DNA from: Bdellovibrionota bacterium
Lineage (GTDB): Bacteria; Bdellovibrionota_C; UBA2361; OMIW01
Direction of reading: 5' to 3'
DNA: 32,671 nucleotides
NCBI GenBank assembly: GCA_044345055.1
Contig: JBIJBT010000027.1
Coordinates: 1-32,671, forward strand
This document shows, piece by piece, positions 1 through 9,629 of the stretch. The number at the start of each line of letters is the position of its first letter. Within the stretch, counting starts at the first letter, position 1. The notes beneath the pieces are model-generated. The model was not told the origin of the DNA. It searched no databases and worked only from the letters and a program-made list of their open reading frames with translations. A program made the position numbers and the translations under genes.

Positions 1-17
1 CTATACCGAGCGGACAA

Positions 18-1325
18 TCACCTCAATTCACGATACCCGACCACGTGTAAACCGAACAGCTTAAGAATCTCGTATGGGCGTTTTGTTCGGCAGAGGATTG
101 TGACTGCTTTAACTCCAACAGCTCGTTATATCTGGGCGCCGATACCGAATTCGGTCATAGAGGAGCCGTTTGGAGGGGTGGGGAGGGGTTGGGTCGGCTG
201 TTCTGGGGAGTTTGTTTCAAGGATGCGGGTGCTGAGGGCATAGCGCTGGAGGGAGGGGCGGAGATAGACGAGAACTCCGCAGGGTGCCTGGTCGAGATAT
301 TTTAGGGCGATCTCTAGACGGCTGCGCGAACTGGATAAATGTGAATTGCCTGAAGCTAAATAAGCTGAAGAGGTGGTTCCGATCAGATCGTCGATCGGCT
401 CCTCAACATGAACACGAACGAGAGTAGGTTGATTTGGATCGATTGAGCCTTTTACGAGAGCCACCTGCTCAGAGGAATCAACAAGAGAACGAAATACGTG
501 CATTCTGAGATCGCCACCGAGGAGGGTTGGAAGCTCCGATGATGCTATCTGTTCGATAAGGCATTCATGACGCAAACGCCAGGAGAGAATCGTTGAGAGG
601 GCGATGGCGGGGATGTCGTTTTTCTTTGCGAAGGCTTGAGCCTCGGACGGTGAGGAGATCTCCCCATTATCGTCAAGAAGATAGGAGAACACTGCCGCAT
701 CGGTCATTCCACAGCCGACAACTAGATCGAGAGCTGCCTCGGGGATAGCGGCTCGGGCGATGACTCCGCCCGGGTGACAGCGGCAGGGGAAGAGGTGGCC
801 TGGTCGGGCTAATGTATTGGGTTGAGGATCTTCACTTCCGAGGAGCCGAATTGTTGTCCGTCGATCGGAGATGCTGATACCTGAGCCTACCCCGTGGCGA
901 GCTTCGACCGAGACGAGCCACTCCTCTTTTTGAGGGGCGCGAAGGGGAGTCGTAGGTGCGTGGTCGTGCTGAGAGCGGAGAGGGTGCAACATGAAGGCAG
1001 CGGCTCGGCTCGGGGATATGGCCACCTGTAATAAACCGCCGGATAGCCGAGAAAGGACGTTGACTGTTCTATCGGTAACAACGCGAGCTGCTGTCACGAT
1101 CGCACTCGATCCGTTAGGAGCGCAATCATCGAAGATAAGGATCGGATCGCCAGCTTGAATAGGTTGACGGAGGCGGCCTATATCCTCACGGTCCGACATC
1201 TGCTCAACCGGTCCTAATTCTTTGGAGCGATTAGGTGACGCGTCGAACGCTGACGGCTGAGAGTCTGAGAGTGTTTGCGAGTCTGAGAGTGGCTGAGTAT
1301 TTCCCACGATCGTTGGCCGAGTCAT
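18..1325 (-). pseudogene. ribBA: RibBA-like protein (DHBP synthase + GTP cyclohydrolase II fold), catalytically degenerate, with premature in-frame TAA at 126-128
   Basis: RibB-like motifs (VSVEARHGVGSGISISDR, RPGHLFP, GGVIARA) and RibA-like motifs (LPT..G, VALVKG, LVRVH, GVLVYLR, FGIGAQI). After the TAA the same frame reads RAVGVKAVTILCRTKRPYEILKLFGLHVVGYRELR* to position 18, matching the usual RibBA tail. Likely start ATG 1325 (AAGGA RBS); the ORF track starts at 1352. Confidence 0.75.
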
Positions 1326-1678
1326 TCGGTATTCCTTCTTGTTGGGGGGCAAGTGGGGAGCCTACACCACTTTTCGAGTCGACTCTACTGAAGCAGCGGC
1401 TCTCTGTTATCGATGAGATTTGTAAAGAATGCGGGTCGAAAAGAGCAACTATTGTCCTTCAGGCTTACAAAAATTGTTCTATTAGGAGATTTGAACCAAA
1501 CTATTATCGGGAAAATGAACTTGCTTACTTCGATAAATCAGTATTATAGCCGATTTTAGTCCAAAAAACATCTTTCGATAGATTTTGGTACGCCGTTTGC
1601 TCAAGAAGTCTTTAAGAATGCGGTATCCGGTCGTAATTCTTGAAGAGGTTGATCGCTTGGTTGTCTCTAGGGGGGTTT

Positions 1679-2413
1679 ATGGGTTTTTGGAATAGGTTGG
1701 TCCTTCTGAGTTCATTAGTTGTCGCCGCGCCGGTTTTGGCGGAGACGGGAAGTGCGGCGGAAGGAGGGACAGATTGGGAGCAGGTTCGGGAAAGATTACT
1801 CTCGGAGTGTGGGGACCCTGATTTTTCGGATACGGTTGAGCAATGGTCCGTGCTGTCATGCTGGGAGAAATCTGTTCAGGGACTGAGTGACTCGGGAGAG
1901 GTCTCGGAAGATATTGCTTCCGCCTTCTTCATGGAAATCGAGGTTAGGAGGTCATTCTTAGAGGGAGTCCGAGAGGGGGAGGCAAGCTGTGGACCCGTTG
2001 CGGATTCAGGGGTGGATGAAGAGGAGATCGATGGAGAGGATGGTGGGTACGATAGTGATGCCGAGGATGATGCTGAAATGGTGACGGTGTGCCACCGCTC
2101 AGGGCAGGCAAAGCGGGCCGATGCAGTTACGATTGAGGTGCCGGCGGATGTAGCGGATAGGTTAGTTGAACTTGGAGGCTATCAAGGGCCGTGCTCTGAT
2201 GCCGATGAGCGGCGTTCGAAAGCTCCGGCTCCATCAGCGAAGAAAGGCGATTCAAAGAAAAAGGGGGGAGATAAGGTTGCCGCTCGGGAAAATAAATCAA
2301 AGCCTGAAAAGGCAAACAAAAATTCTGATGTAAAAAAGAAGGCCGAAAAGAAGCAATCTTCAGCCCAAAAAAATCAAAATAGCAAGAAAGGAAAGAAGGG
2401 CGGGAAGCGATAA
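1679..2413 (+). CDS. Secreted hypothetical protein with acidic linker, CH...GPC motif and Lys-rich C-terminal tail
   Basis: ATG 1679 followed by a signal-peptide-like stretch (MGFWNRLVLLSSLVVAAPVLA); VTVCH...TIEV...GYQGPC motif; K-rich tail; hairpin downstream. Confidence 0.7.
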   Translation: MGFWNRLVLLSSLVVAAPVLAETGSAAEGGTDWEQVRERLLSECGDPDFSDTVEQWSVLSCWEKSVQGLSDSGEVSEDIASAFFMEIEVRRSFLEGVREGEASCGPVADSGVDEEEIDGEDGGYDSDAEDDAEMVTVCHRSGQAKRADAVTIEVPADVADRLVELGGYQGPCSDADERRSKAPAPSAKKGDSKKKGGDKVAARENKSKPEKANKNSDVKKKAEKKQSSAQKNQNSKKGKKGGKR

Positions 2414-2431
2414 GAGAGCAAGGTGTCGGAC

Positions 2432-2479
2432 CAGTTGGACCACTAGCGCTTGATTGAGCGTTAGTGGTCCAACTGTTTT
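2432..2479. terminator. Intrinsic terminator hairpin between convergent genes (possibly bidirectional)
   Basis: 19-bp stem CAGTTGGACCACTAGCGCT / AGCGTTAGTGGTCCAACTG (one G-U pair), 6-nt loop, followed by TTTT. Confidence 0.8.
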
Positions 2480-2500
2480 CAGCTTTGATGACGAAATGCT

Positions 2501-3499
2501 CTAACTCACATCGGCTGGAAGCTTTCCGGTGAGGGAACGCAAGAACGTGACGATTGATGCAGTATCCTCTTGGCTTAGATCTCTTCCTAATTGATGTTTG
2601 CCCATAAGCCTTACAGCCTCCTCGAGCGTAGCAACCGATCCATCATGAAAATATGGAGCGGTCTTTTCGCTATTTCTGAGTGAGGGTACCTTAAAAACGA
2701 AACGATCTGCTTCGTTTTTTGTAATGCTAAATCTTCCAAGATCGGTGGTCTGATACGGCACGACAAGACCTAACTTTTGGTACATTCCGCCGCCAACAGT
2801 TACTCCGTTGTGACATGCGCCGCAACCCGTCGCGACAAAGGTTTTTAGTCCGGCTTTTTCCTCTGTTGTAAGCGCAGAATCATCTCCCGCAAGATAGCTG
2901 TCGAATCGGCTCGGGGTCATAAGAGTTCTTTCGAAAGCACCGATCGCTAATCCGACGTTAGCAAAGGTTGTCGGCTCCTTCTCGCTTGGAAATGCCTTAC
3001 GAAAAAGTGCTGGATAGTCTTTATCCTCACGAAGCCGTTGAACGACCGTCGCTTCATCTGGCATCGCCATTTCTCCTGGATTGAGAATTGGGCCGAGCGC
3101 TTGAGCCTCAACATCAGCTGCTCGTCCATCCCAAAACTGAGCAATATGCAACGCAGCGTTGTAGACCGAGGGAGAGTTTCTTCCGCCACGGTGCCCTTCG
3201 TGACCGAGAGATGTGGGTTCGTTATCGACACCAAAATTTGAAAGTGTATGACACGAATTGCACGAGATCTTTTTTGATTTTGATAGGAGTGTATCGTTGA
3301 AAAGTTTTTTACCGAGAGCTACCCGTTCTGGTGATACGGGATACTGAGTTGTGCCAGCATCTTTTGGAAGGGGTTTGAAGAGAGCTCGCTCGTCGGCGTG
3401 TGCCGAAGTATTTAGGGTCGCTGTCAGTATCGCGATAGTAATTATTTGGCGCACAGAGCGATGAACAGTGCGAGTCGATCTAGGATTGCTGCTCTGCAT
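2501..3499 (-). CDS. ccp: Di-haem cytochrome c peroxidase (CcpA/MauG family)
   Basis: Two CxxCH motifs (CNSCH, CGACH), RNSPSVYN, QFWDGRA, FKVPSLRN, PYFHDGS; signal peptide; GAGGAG RBS before ATG 3499. Confidence 0.93.
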   Translation of the reverse strand: MQSSNPRSTRTVHRSVRQIITIAILTATLNTSAHADERALFKPLPKDAGTTQYPVSPERVALGKKLFNDTLLSKSKKISCNSCHTLSNFGVDNEPTSLGHEGHRGGRNSPSVYNAALHIAQFWDGRAADVEAQALGPILNPGEMAMPDEATVVQRLREDKDYPALFRKAFPSEKEPTTFANVGLAIGAFERTLMTPSRFDSYLAGDDSALTTEEKAGLKTFVATGCGACHNGVTVGGGMYQKLGLVVPYQTTDLGRFSITKNEADRFVFKVPSLRNSEKTAPYFHDGSVATLEEAVRLMGKHQLGRDLSQEDTASIVTFLRSLTGKLPADVS

Positions 3500-3961
3500 A
3501 GATTTGCTCCTCAAATTGCTGAGATGAAAAAATGTTCTTGGCTTCTGCGTTTAAAGCCTCAGAGCTTTAAAAAAAACGGGGGCCCGCTGACGGAAAACGG
3601 GTCTTCAAAGAATACCTGATACAACACCTTTAGGACCAGCAAAATAGTAGTATAAAATGAGATTTGTGAGTTCATTTTTTCCGCGCTGAGCGATAATTTT
3701 AGAGCGATAATATGCGGTGCTAATTTTACTCTGCTTGATTAGTTGTGCCGACTTGTCGTGTTCGATAGACTAGCGCTGCTGAGCCCTTTTAGTGAGATGG
3801 TACCGCAAGAGCTTCATCGAATTTGCTCTTCTAAATTTGCGTGCATGTATATTTGACTTCATGGGGAGCAGCCGATAGCTAATCCCCTGCATCTTAATTC
3901 TGGACAAGAAGGGGGGGGCTAAAGCGGGTCCCGGGGTGTTACGTACGGTTAAGGAGAAAAG

Positions 3962-5248
3962 ATGAGCAATGAGGCAGAACTACGGCTTCCTAATGTTACG
4001 GTTAAATTGCCGATAATAGAGGGTACAGAGGGCGAAAAAGCGATTGATGTAACATCCCTTCGCTCTGAGACCGGTTATGTAACGCTCGATAACGGATACA
4101 TGAACACCGGTGCGTGTCGGAGCGCGATAACCTTTATTGATGGTGAGCGTGGTATCCTGCGATATCGGGGTATCCCGATCGAGGTGCTCGCGGAGCGTTC
4201 GACATTTTTGGAGACGGCGTATCTTCTGATGTATGGGGCTTTACCGACACGCGATCAATTGGAAGATTTTTCCGATCAAATTCGTCGCCGCACGATGGTG
4301 CATGAAGATGTGAAGGCGTTCTACTCTGGTTTTCCGCGGGATGCGCATCCGATGGCGGTTATGGCCTCGGTGGTGAGCTCACTTTCGACCTTTTATCAAA
4401 GCGACAATTATCATGAAAAAGAGCTATTCGATCGCAACAGCATTCGGCTACTAGCGAAATTCCCAACAATAGCTGCGTTTGCTTACAAGAAGTCTATTGG
4501 CCAGCCCTTCATATATCCCCAAAACCACCGCAGTTATTGCGAAAACTTTCTCCACATGATGTTTGCAACCCCATCGGAGGATTACGATCCCGATCCGGAC
4601 TTAGTGAGCATCCTGAATTTACTCCTCATCCTTCACGCTGATCACGAACAAAACTGTTCGACCTCGACGGTACGATTGGTTCGAAGCAGTTTGTCGAACC
4701 TCTTCGCCTGCATCACCTCAGGAATATGTGCTCTATGGGGTCCCCGTCACGGAGGGGCAAATGAGGAAGTTATCGAGATGCTAAAATCCATTCAAGCGGA
4801 TGGCGGGAATGTGAAGAAGTACGTTGAGATGGCAAAATCGAAGGAGTCTAAGGTTAAATTGATGGGTTTTGGTCATCGGGTTTATAAAAATTTTGACCCA
4901 CGCGCCACGATCATTAAGGCTGCGTGCGACAAATTGTTGAAGAAGTTGAAAACGCGCGATCCACTTCTTGATATTGCCAAAGAGCTTGAGGAAGCTGCCC
5001 TTAAAGATCCATATTTTGTAGATAAAAAGCTTTACCCGAATGTCGATTTTTACAGCGGTATCATATACCGAGCGATGGGCATTCCGGTTCCAGCCTTTAC
5101 CGTGATGTTCGCACTTGGTCGGTTGCCAGGTTGGATAGCACAGGCTCGGGAATATAATGACGAACCAGGAAACAAAATCGGCCGACCTCGGCAGATTTAT
5201 GTAGGTCCTGAGCTGTCGCAGTATATTCCGATTGAGGACAGAAAGTAG
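3962..5248 (+). CDS. gltA: Citrate synthase (type II)
   Basis: LHADHEQNCST, GPRHGGAN, MGFGHRVYKNFDPRA, YPNVDFYSG; AAGGAG RBS. Confidence 0.98.
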   Translation: MSNEAELRLPNVTVKLPIIEGTEGEKAIDVTSLRSETGYVTLDNGYMNTGACRSAITFIDGERGILRYRGIPIEVLAERSTFLETAYLLMYGALPTRDQLEDFSDQIRRRTMVHEDVKAFYSGFPRDAHPMAVMASVVSSLSTFYQSDNYHEKELFDRNSIRLLAKFPTIAAFAYKKSIGQPFIYPQNHRSYCENFLHMMFATPSEDYDPDPDLVSILNLLLILHADHEQNCSTSTVRLVRSSLSNLFACITSGICALWGPRHGGANEEVIEMLKSIQADGGNVKKYVEMAKSKESKVKLMGFGHRVYKNFDPRATIIKAACDKLLKKLKTRDPLLDIAKELEEAALKDPYFVDKKLYPNVDFYSGIIYRAMGIPVPAFTVMFALGRLPGWIAQAREYNDEPGNKIGRPRQIYVGPELSQYIPIEDRK

Positions 5249-5258
5249 GGACTTTTAA

Positions 5259-5296
5259 CCTCAGGTTCGATAGTTTAAATTATGTCGAACCCGAGG
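5259..5296. terminator. Hairpin between convergent gltA and T4SS operon; probable terminator
   Basis: CCTCAGGTTCGATA ... TGTCGAACCCGAGG imperfect inverted repeat in the convergent intergenic gap. Confidence 0.6.
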
Positions 5297-5327
5297 ATGA
5301 ATTTTCTCTTTGGGCTAATTGGCTCGA

Positions 5328-5609
5328 TTACTTTCCATCGTGGCCTTTATAGTTCCAACGCCCCTGACGAATTTCGACTATTTCCTCATGGGCGGGTCGG
5401 TAATAGTGACCCTCTGGATCGAGTCCCGGGGGAACTTCGATCACATCAACTATCGGCGGCTCCCAGACCCCCGGATGCACTCCCTGTTCCTGAGCGGCCA
5501 TCGCCTCATACGGCTCGAGCTCAGCACGAGATCGCGATTGTGACGAGCACCCGCTTAGAAGTAGTACAATCGATGTACCGAGTAATGTTCCAAAATATAT
5601 TCCTTTCAT
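5328..5609 (-). CDS. Small lipoprotein, TraV/VirB7-like paralogue
   Basis: Lipobox LSGC; GGAGG RBS; C-terminal PPIVDVIEVPPGLDPEGHYYRPAHEEIVEIRQGRW parallels PAVVRLMWVPDHLNRNGDLVPAHYYYLKVLGDRW of the 9120 protein. Confidence 0.65.
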   Translation of the reverse strand: MKGIYFGTLLGTSIVLLLSGCSSQSRSRAELEPYEAMAAQEQGVHPGVWEPPIVDVIEVPPGLDPEGHYYRPAHEEIVEIRQGRWNYKGHDGK

Positions 5610-5636
5610 AACGTACCTCCCCTTTCTAAACGTCCT

Positions 5637-8375
5637 TTAGCTTGACTCCCCTGGCAACGTGCTCGCTAACAGATCTCTTACTATCCCAACCGTGGCGCCA
5701 TCTTCGTCTCCCTCGACAGCATTGCCCTCTTGTCGCGCTCGAAGCGCAGCGGCCCCCGCTGGAGCAAGGTATACCGCACGCTCTAGCGCCAACCAGAAGT
5801 TGCCCTCTGACTGCTGAAGAATATCGTTGAACAGTTGGTTGTCATCGCCGTTATTCGTGCTCACCCAGTAAAAGGCAGGTTCGACCGGCAGCGAGAACGC
5901 CCCCTCTCCGATATCTGAGGTCATGAAAAATTGCGACTCTACACCCTTGAAGGTCTTAAGCCGAAGAATGACATCTGACTGCTGAGGGTCAAGATTAAAC
6001 GCTTGAGCTGTGAAATGAAATTTAGATGGGTCTTGGCGGAGAAATATTTTGTGAGCACTGTTTTGCACAATTGCCTGACCACCCTGACCCGCATAGAAGT
6101 CCTCCCCTGACTGAGAGGCTGCGATAACTATACCTTTTCGTTTACGGTACAATCTAAATGCAGTTTCTATGGTTCCGGAAGCAGTTTTGCCGATAAGATC
6201 GTGAGCCTCATCAAAGACGAGAACTTTTCGGTTGTCGAGCTCATTTGGATCGTTCATGACCGAGTCGGCCCATAGCATCGCTATCTTAAGAAAAACGCGC
6301 TGAAGGTCTGGGTTACGATTAAGTGCTTTCAGATCGAAAACTATAAATCGCTCTGCAAGAGTAAGAGCTCCCGGTCTATCAAAAAATCTCGCGAAGGTTC
6401 CATCACCGTGATAGTCAGCGGTAAGAAGCGCGATCCTTTGACGTCGCGAAGCAGAGTCCTCGGATTCATCAACTTTTCGGGGAGCGCGCAGCACTGACAC
6501 CACATCGCTCAGGATAAACTCCCTCCGCATCGGACCATTACGATAGAGTCGATGGGCCTCGGTAACGGAATCGATAACGCTTCCCCTCTCAAGTCGATCA
6601 GGGGTTTTTGCTCCTTCAGTCGCCATATCGATAATCAGATCGGCGCACATGTCGATGAGGTCTTTATAATCCTCATTGCTGTTATCTGGGGGAGTTTGTC
6701 CGAGGCGGGCGAGAAAGTTCATTGAGGGAGCCTTGGATGGCGATGCCTCGTAAATTCGTCCACCAAAAAGCTTCGCGACTTTATCGAATCCGCACGGTTG
6801 ACCGACCATTCCTTTATCAAAAACAAAGGTAATCGGCGCGCGCTCGGTCATTCGCCCATCAGCGAGAGTCGAATAGTGTCCTCGACCAAGAGTGATCAAA
6901 ATATAATTAAGGAGATACGATTTTCCCGAACCGGAAACTCCGCTGATAAGTACGTTTGGCGCAACGTTCGAGTCGAAGAGATCAAAACCAACCAGCTCCC
7001 GATTCCATAAGCTAGGAAGAACAAACTGAGCGCCCGAGCTTCCACGCCAGTTGCCCCACAGCGGCAACATACGCGCTGCCCTCGATGATCGCATGACATT
7101 CGTCCATCCAGGTCCATCAGTGGTTGGATCATACGCCCCGGGAAGGGAGTTGATGAATACTCCTAAATCAGAGATCTCATGACTCATCCCCCTTGCACCA
7201 TTGAGCTGGGGAAATGTGGCTAATGCCTCAGCTGATGCCCGGATGGCTTCGTCCTCAGTTTGACAAATAAAAACCTGATGAAGTCCCGCTCGAACGAGCT
7301 GTGCTGCATTATTGTAAAGCTCTTGTCTTGCTGATCGTACCGCAGCTATTTGATGCTGAACTTTTTGATTACTTCTTCCCCTTGCGGTAAATTCTCTTAA
7401 TCCCAAGGTTGAATCGAGATTGTCGAGCCGCTTAATCTGTTTTGATTTTTCGTCCTTGGATAGTGTGACTGTAATGATATTCTCAAAAGGAGTTGCTTGG
7501 AGTGGAGTAATCATCAACGGAAGCATCGCGCGGGGAGGTTTTACCATCGATACCGAGCGGTATACGCGACCATCCTTAACGATAAACCCATTTTTGGGGT
7601 GCTTTGCCGCGGTTTCTGATATTTGATTGCTGAGAAGGTCTCCCGGATCGTATTCCGGAACAGGAACTGTAGTGCTTCGTCCTCGCCGAAATTGCCCGGC
7701 CTTCACACTCCTTCGATTCAGTAAAGGATATAGAAGGTTAATTAGCTCTTGACCGTCCACCCGACGTGGGGCAAATCCAAGATCTCCAAGCTTCGCAATT
7801 TTTCCCTCAACGATTCCCCGAAATTCCGACCCGTACTGGAGATATTCTGCTCGACGCCGGTCGAGTTGAACAGCTTGTTTCGGGCTAAAGAGCTGATGAA
7901 ATGCCCGTTTGAGCTGAGCTCCGAATCCTCGAACGGTCCACGGAGGATCGTACCGAAATGAGACAAAGAGCCTCATTTTCCTCGGCCTTCGGTGAAGGTG
8001 TGATGAAGATGCGCTTTTACGAATCATACGAACCCACCGTCGCGCCATCCATCCCGCTGGACCAGATAACGGGTAGCCGTTTAGTGACCGCTGAAGTACA
8101 TCTTCGATTTCGAAGGTGGTAATCCAGGAAAATTGAACGCTAATCGAGTGATCGAGCGAGTCCATTAGCTCCTGGATCTGCTCACAGGTTTGAAAGGCAC
8201 CATGATCGGAGACTTTGAGAATCCAGAGTGGTTGGAGCTCAAAAATCGACCATAAAGCAGCGTCGGTGTTTATAAAAAGTTGCGTCTGTTCATCCCAGCG
8301 AGCATGGGGCAAGAGAGAATTGAATAGCGCTTCATCCTTGAATAAACGCTCTCGCTGGAGTCTCGATATACTCAT
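5637..8375 (-). CDS. traC: VirB4/TraC-family T4SS ATPase
   Basis: Walker A GVSGSGKS preceded by FDLFDS..PN, FVFDKG, Walker B LVFDEAH, R.YRK..G..IAASQ, IVQNSAHKIFLRQ. Likely start ATG 8375 (GGAG RBS); the ORF track starts at GTG 8459. Confidence 0.9.
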   Translation of the reverse strand: MSISRLQRERLFKDEALFNSLLPHARWDEQTQLFINTDAALWSIFELQPLWILKVSDHGAFQTCEQIQELMDSLDHSISVQFSWITTFEIEDVLQRSLNGYPLSGPAGWMARRWVRMIRKSASSSHLHRRPRKMRLFVSFRYDPPWTVRGFGAQLKRAFHQLFSPKQAVQLDRRRAEYLQYGSEFRGIVEGKIAKLGDLGFAPRRVDGQELINLLYPLLNRRSVKAGQFRRGRSTTVPVPEYDPGDLLSNQISETAAKHPKNGFIVKDGRVYRSVSMVKPPRAMLPLMITPLQATPFENIITVTLSKDEKSKQIKRLDNLDSTLGLREFTARGRSNQKVQHQIAAVRSARQELYNNAAQLVRAGLHQVFICQTEDEAIRASAEALATFPQLNGARGMSHEISDLGVFINSLPGAYDPTTDGPGWTNVMRSSRAARMLPLWGNWRGSSGAQFVLPSLWNRELVGFDLFDSNVAPNVLISGVSGSGKSYLLNYILITLGRGHYSTLADGRMTERAPITFVFDKGMVGQPCGFDKVAKLFGGRIYEASPSKAPSMNFLARLGQTPPDNSNEDYKDLIDMCADLIIDMATEGAKTPDRLERGSVIDSVTEAHRLYRNGPMRREFILSDVVSVLRAPRKVDESEDSASRRQRIALLTADYHGDGTFARFFDRPGALTLAERFIVFDLKALNRNPDLQRVFLKIAMLWADSVMNDPNELDNRKVLVFDEAHDLIGKTASGTIETAFRLYRKRKGIVIAASQSGEDFYAGQGGQAIVQNSAHKIFLRQDPSKFHFTAQAFNLDPQQSDVILRLKTFKGVESQFFMTSDIGEGAFSLPVEPAFYWVSTNNGDDNQLFNDILQQSEGNFWLALERAVYLAPAGAAALRARQEGNAVEGDEDGATVGIVRDLLASTLPGESS

Positions 8376-8522
8376 CAGGGTATCTCCACGGTCACTACTC
8401 AGGCTGTATCCAAACTGAGTAGTTAACCTCGCATTACGTAATCGCCGCTGAACACTCACCGATCAGGGCAAATTTCGGTAGCCTATCTGCTGCCTTCTCG
8501 TCCCATCCCATCGCTCAGCGCT

Positions 8523-9110
8523 TTATCTTTCGGAATCGTTACCATCGACCTCGACCGGTTTTTCGAGTGGTCGAAGTTCCTGTGCTACGAGCGCTCCACT
8601 TAAAATTCGCAGCTCTCGGTTTTCATGATCCACCGTTACTTTCACCTGACCGAGCTCAGCCACCTGAGCTGAGAGCTCATCAAGTGTGCCAATAGCCCGC
8701 AAGGTTATCTTTCGATCTGCTACAATAGGCGAGCAGTAGAAACCGTACCTATAGGAATCAGCTAAAAGCTGGGCCACCTCCACTAGGCTTTTTTGGTCAA
8801 CACTAAACTGCATGACCGGCATAAGGCGCGGAGCGCGATTAGCGTCGCGTGGTGGTTCGGGAACTGGCTCAGGAGGGCGAACCTCTCTTAACCGACTGTA
8901 TATCTCTTCAGGTGCGTGTTGCCGAGTTGGGTAGAACCAATCGTGTCGAACAGAGCGCTGTTTTGGTGCTTTCGGCGAAGAGGAGCAACCAACTGCACCT
9001 ACCAAGCTAAAAACTAAAATTATCGCAGCGCTAAAATGAAGCCAACTTACGACAGAGGTCCGCACATCCGTTGAGGTCATAGAGAGTAGGGCTCGCTCAC
9101 GCATGAACAT
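8523..9110 (-). CDS. Lipoprotein with putative secretin-N0/DotD-like C-terminal domain
   Basis: AGGAG RBS; lipobox AVGC; Pro-rich linker; C-terminal pattern (KSLVEVAQLLADSYRYGF...KITLRAIGTLDELSAQVAELGQVKVTVDHENRELRI) resembles the N0/STN beta-alpha-beta-beta-alpha-beta-beta fold. Domain call is inference. Confidence 0.55.
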   Translation of the reverse strand: MFMRERALLSMTSTDVRTSVVSWLHFSAAIILVFSLVGAVGCSSSPKAPKQRSVRHDWFYPTRQHAPEEIYSRLREVRPPEPVPEPPRDANRAPRLMPVMQFSVDQKSLVEVAQLLADSYRYGFYCSPIVADRKITLRAIGTLDELSAQVAELGQVKVTVDHENRELRILSGALVAQELRPLEKPVEVDGNDSER

Positions 9111-9119
9111 TACTTTCTC

Positions 9120-9545
9120 CTACTGTTGACCAACCGAGAATGGAACCCCTGAAGCTTCTCTCTTTCCCCCGTTTAGCTGTTGCTCTAACTCAAAAGAATC
9201 CTGAACCGCCCATCGATCACCTAACACCTTCAAATAATAATAGTGGGCAGGTACCAAGTCTCCATTCCGATTGAGGTGATCAGGAACCCACATCAGACGC
9301 ACCACGGCTGGCTGTAATACAGGATTGACCGGTTGCGGAGCCTGAGACGAGCGATATTGAGTCATCGCTTCGAGCGCCTTCCGAGCAGTGTCTTCTTTTG
9401 AACCTGAATCGTTGATAGCTCTATCGTTATTCTCTCCGAGGTGAGCTTCCGGCTGCGGCTCCTCATAAAATGGGTTGAGGAGCTGAGAGCTTGTGGTACA
9501 CCCTGAGATGCTTAACCCGAGGACCACCATGATCAAACGGTTCAT
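9120..9545 (-). CDS. traV: TraV-like outer-membrane lipoprotein (VirB7 analogue)
   Basis: Lipobox ISGC after ATG 9545 (GGAG RBS); TraV-type C-terminal motif P..VRLMWVPDHL..NGDL.PAHYYYL.V..DRW; position after traB. Confidence 0.75.
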   Translation of the reverse strand: MNRLIMVVLGLSISGCTTSSQLLNPFYEEPQPEAHLGENNDRAINDSGSKEDTARKALEAMTQYRSSQAPQPVNPVLQPAVVRLMWVPDHLNRNGDLVPAHYYYLKVLGDRWAVQDSFELEQQLNGGKREASGVPFSVGQQ

Positions 9546-9629
9546 CAGCACTCCCGATATCGTTTCCTCTCGTACTCTCATCTTGTCACCATTTACCTTT
9601 TTGGCCGTTATCGGCACTCTAATTCGAAA

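Noticed and set aside
126..128. Alternative genetic code (TAA reassignment)
   Set aside because: TAA ends other genes here at their expected positions (guaB, traC, oleBC).
1261..1296. 18-bp tandem duplication encoding LSDSQ twice
   Set aside because: Minor in-frame duplication in a disordered N-terminus; no sign of function.
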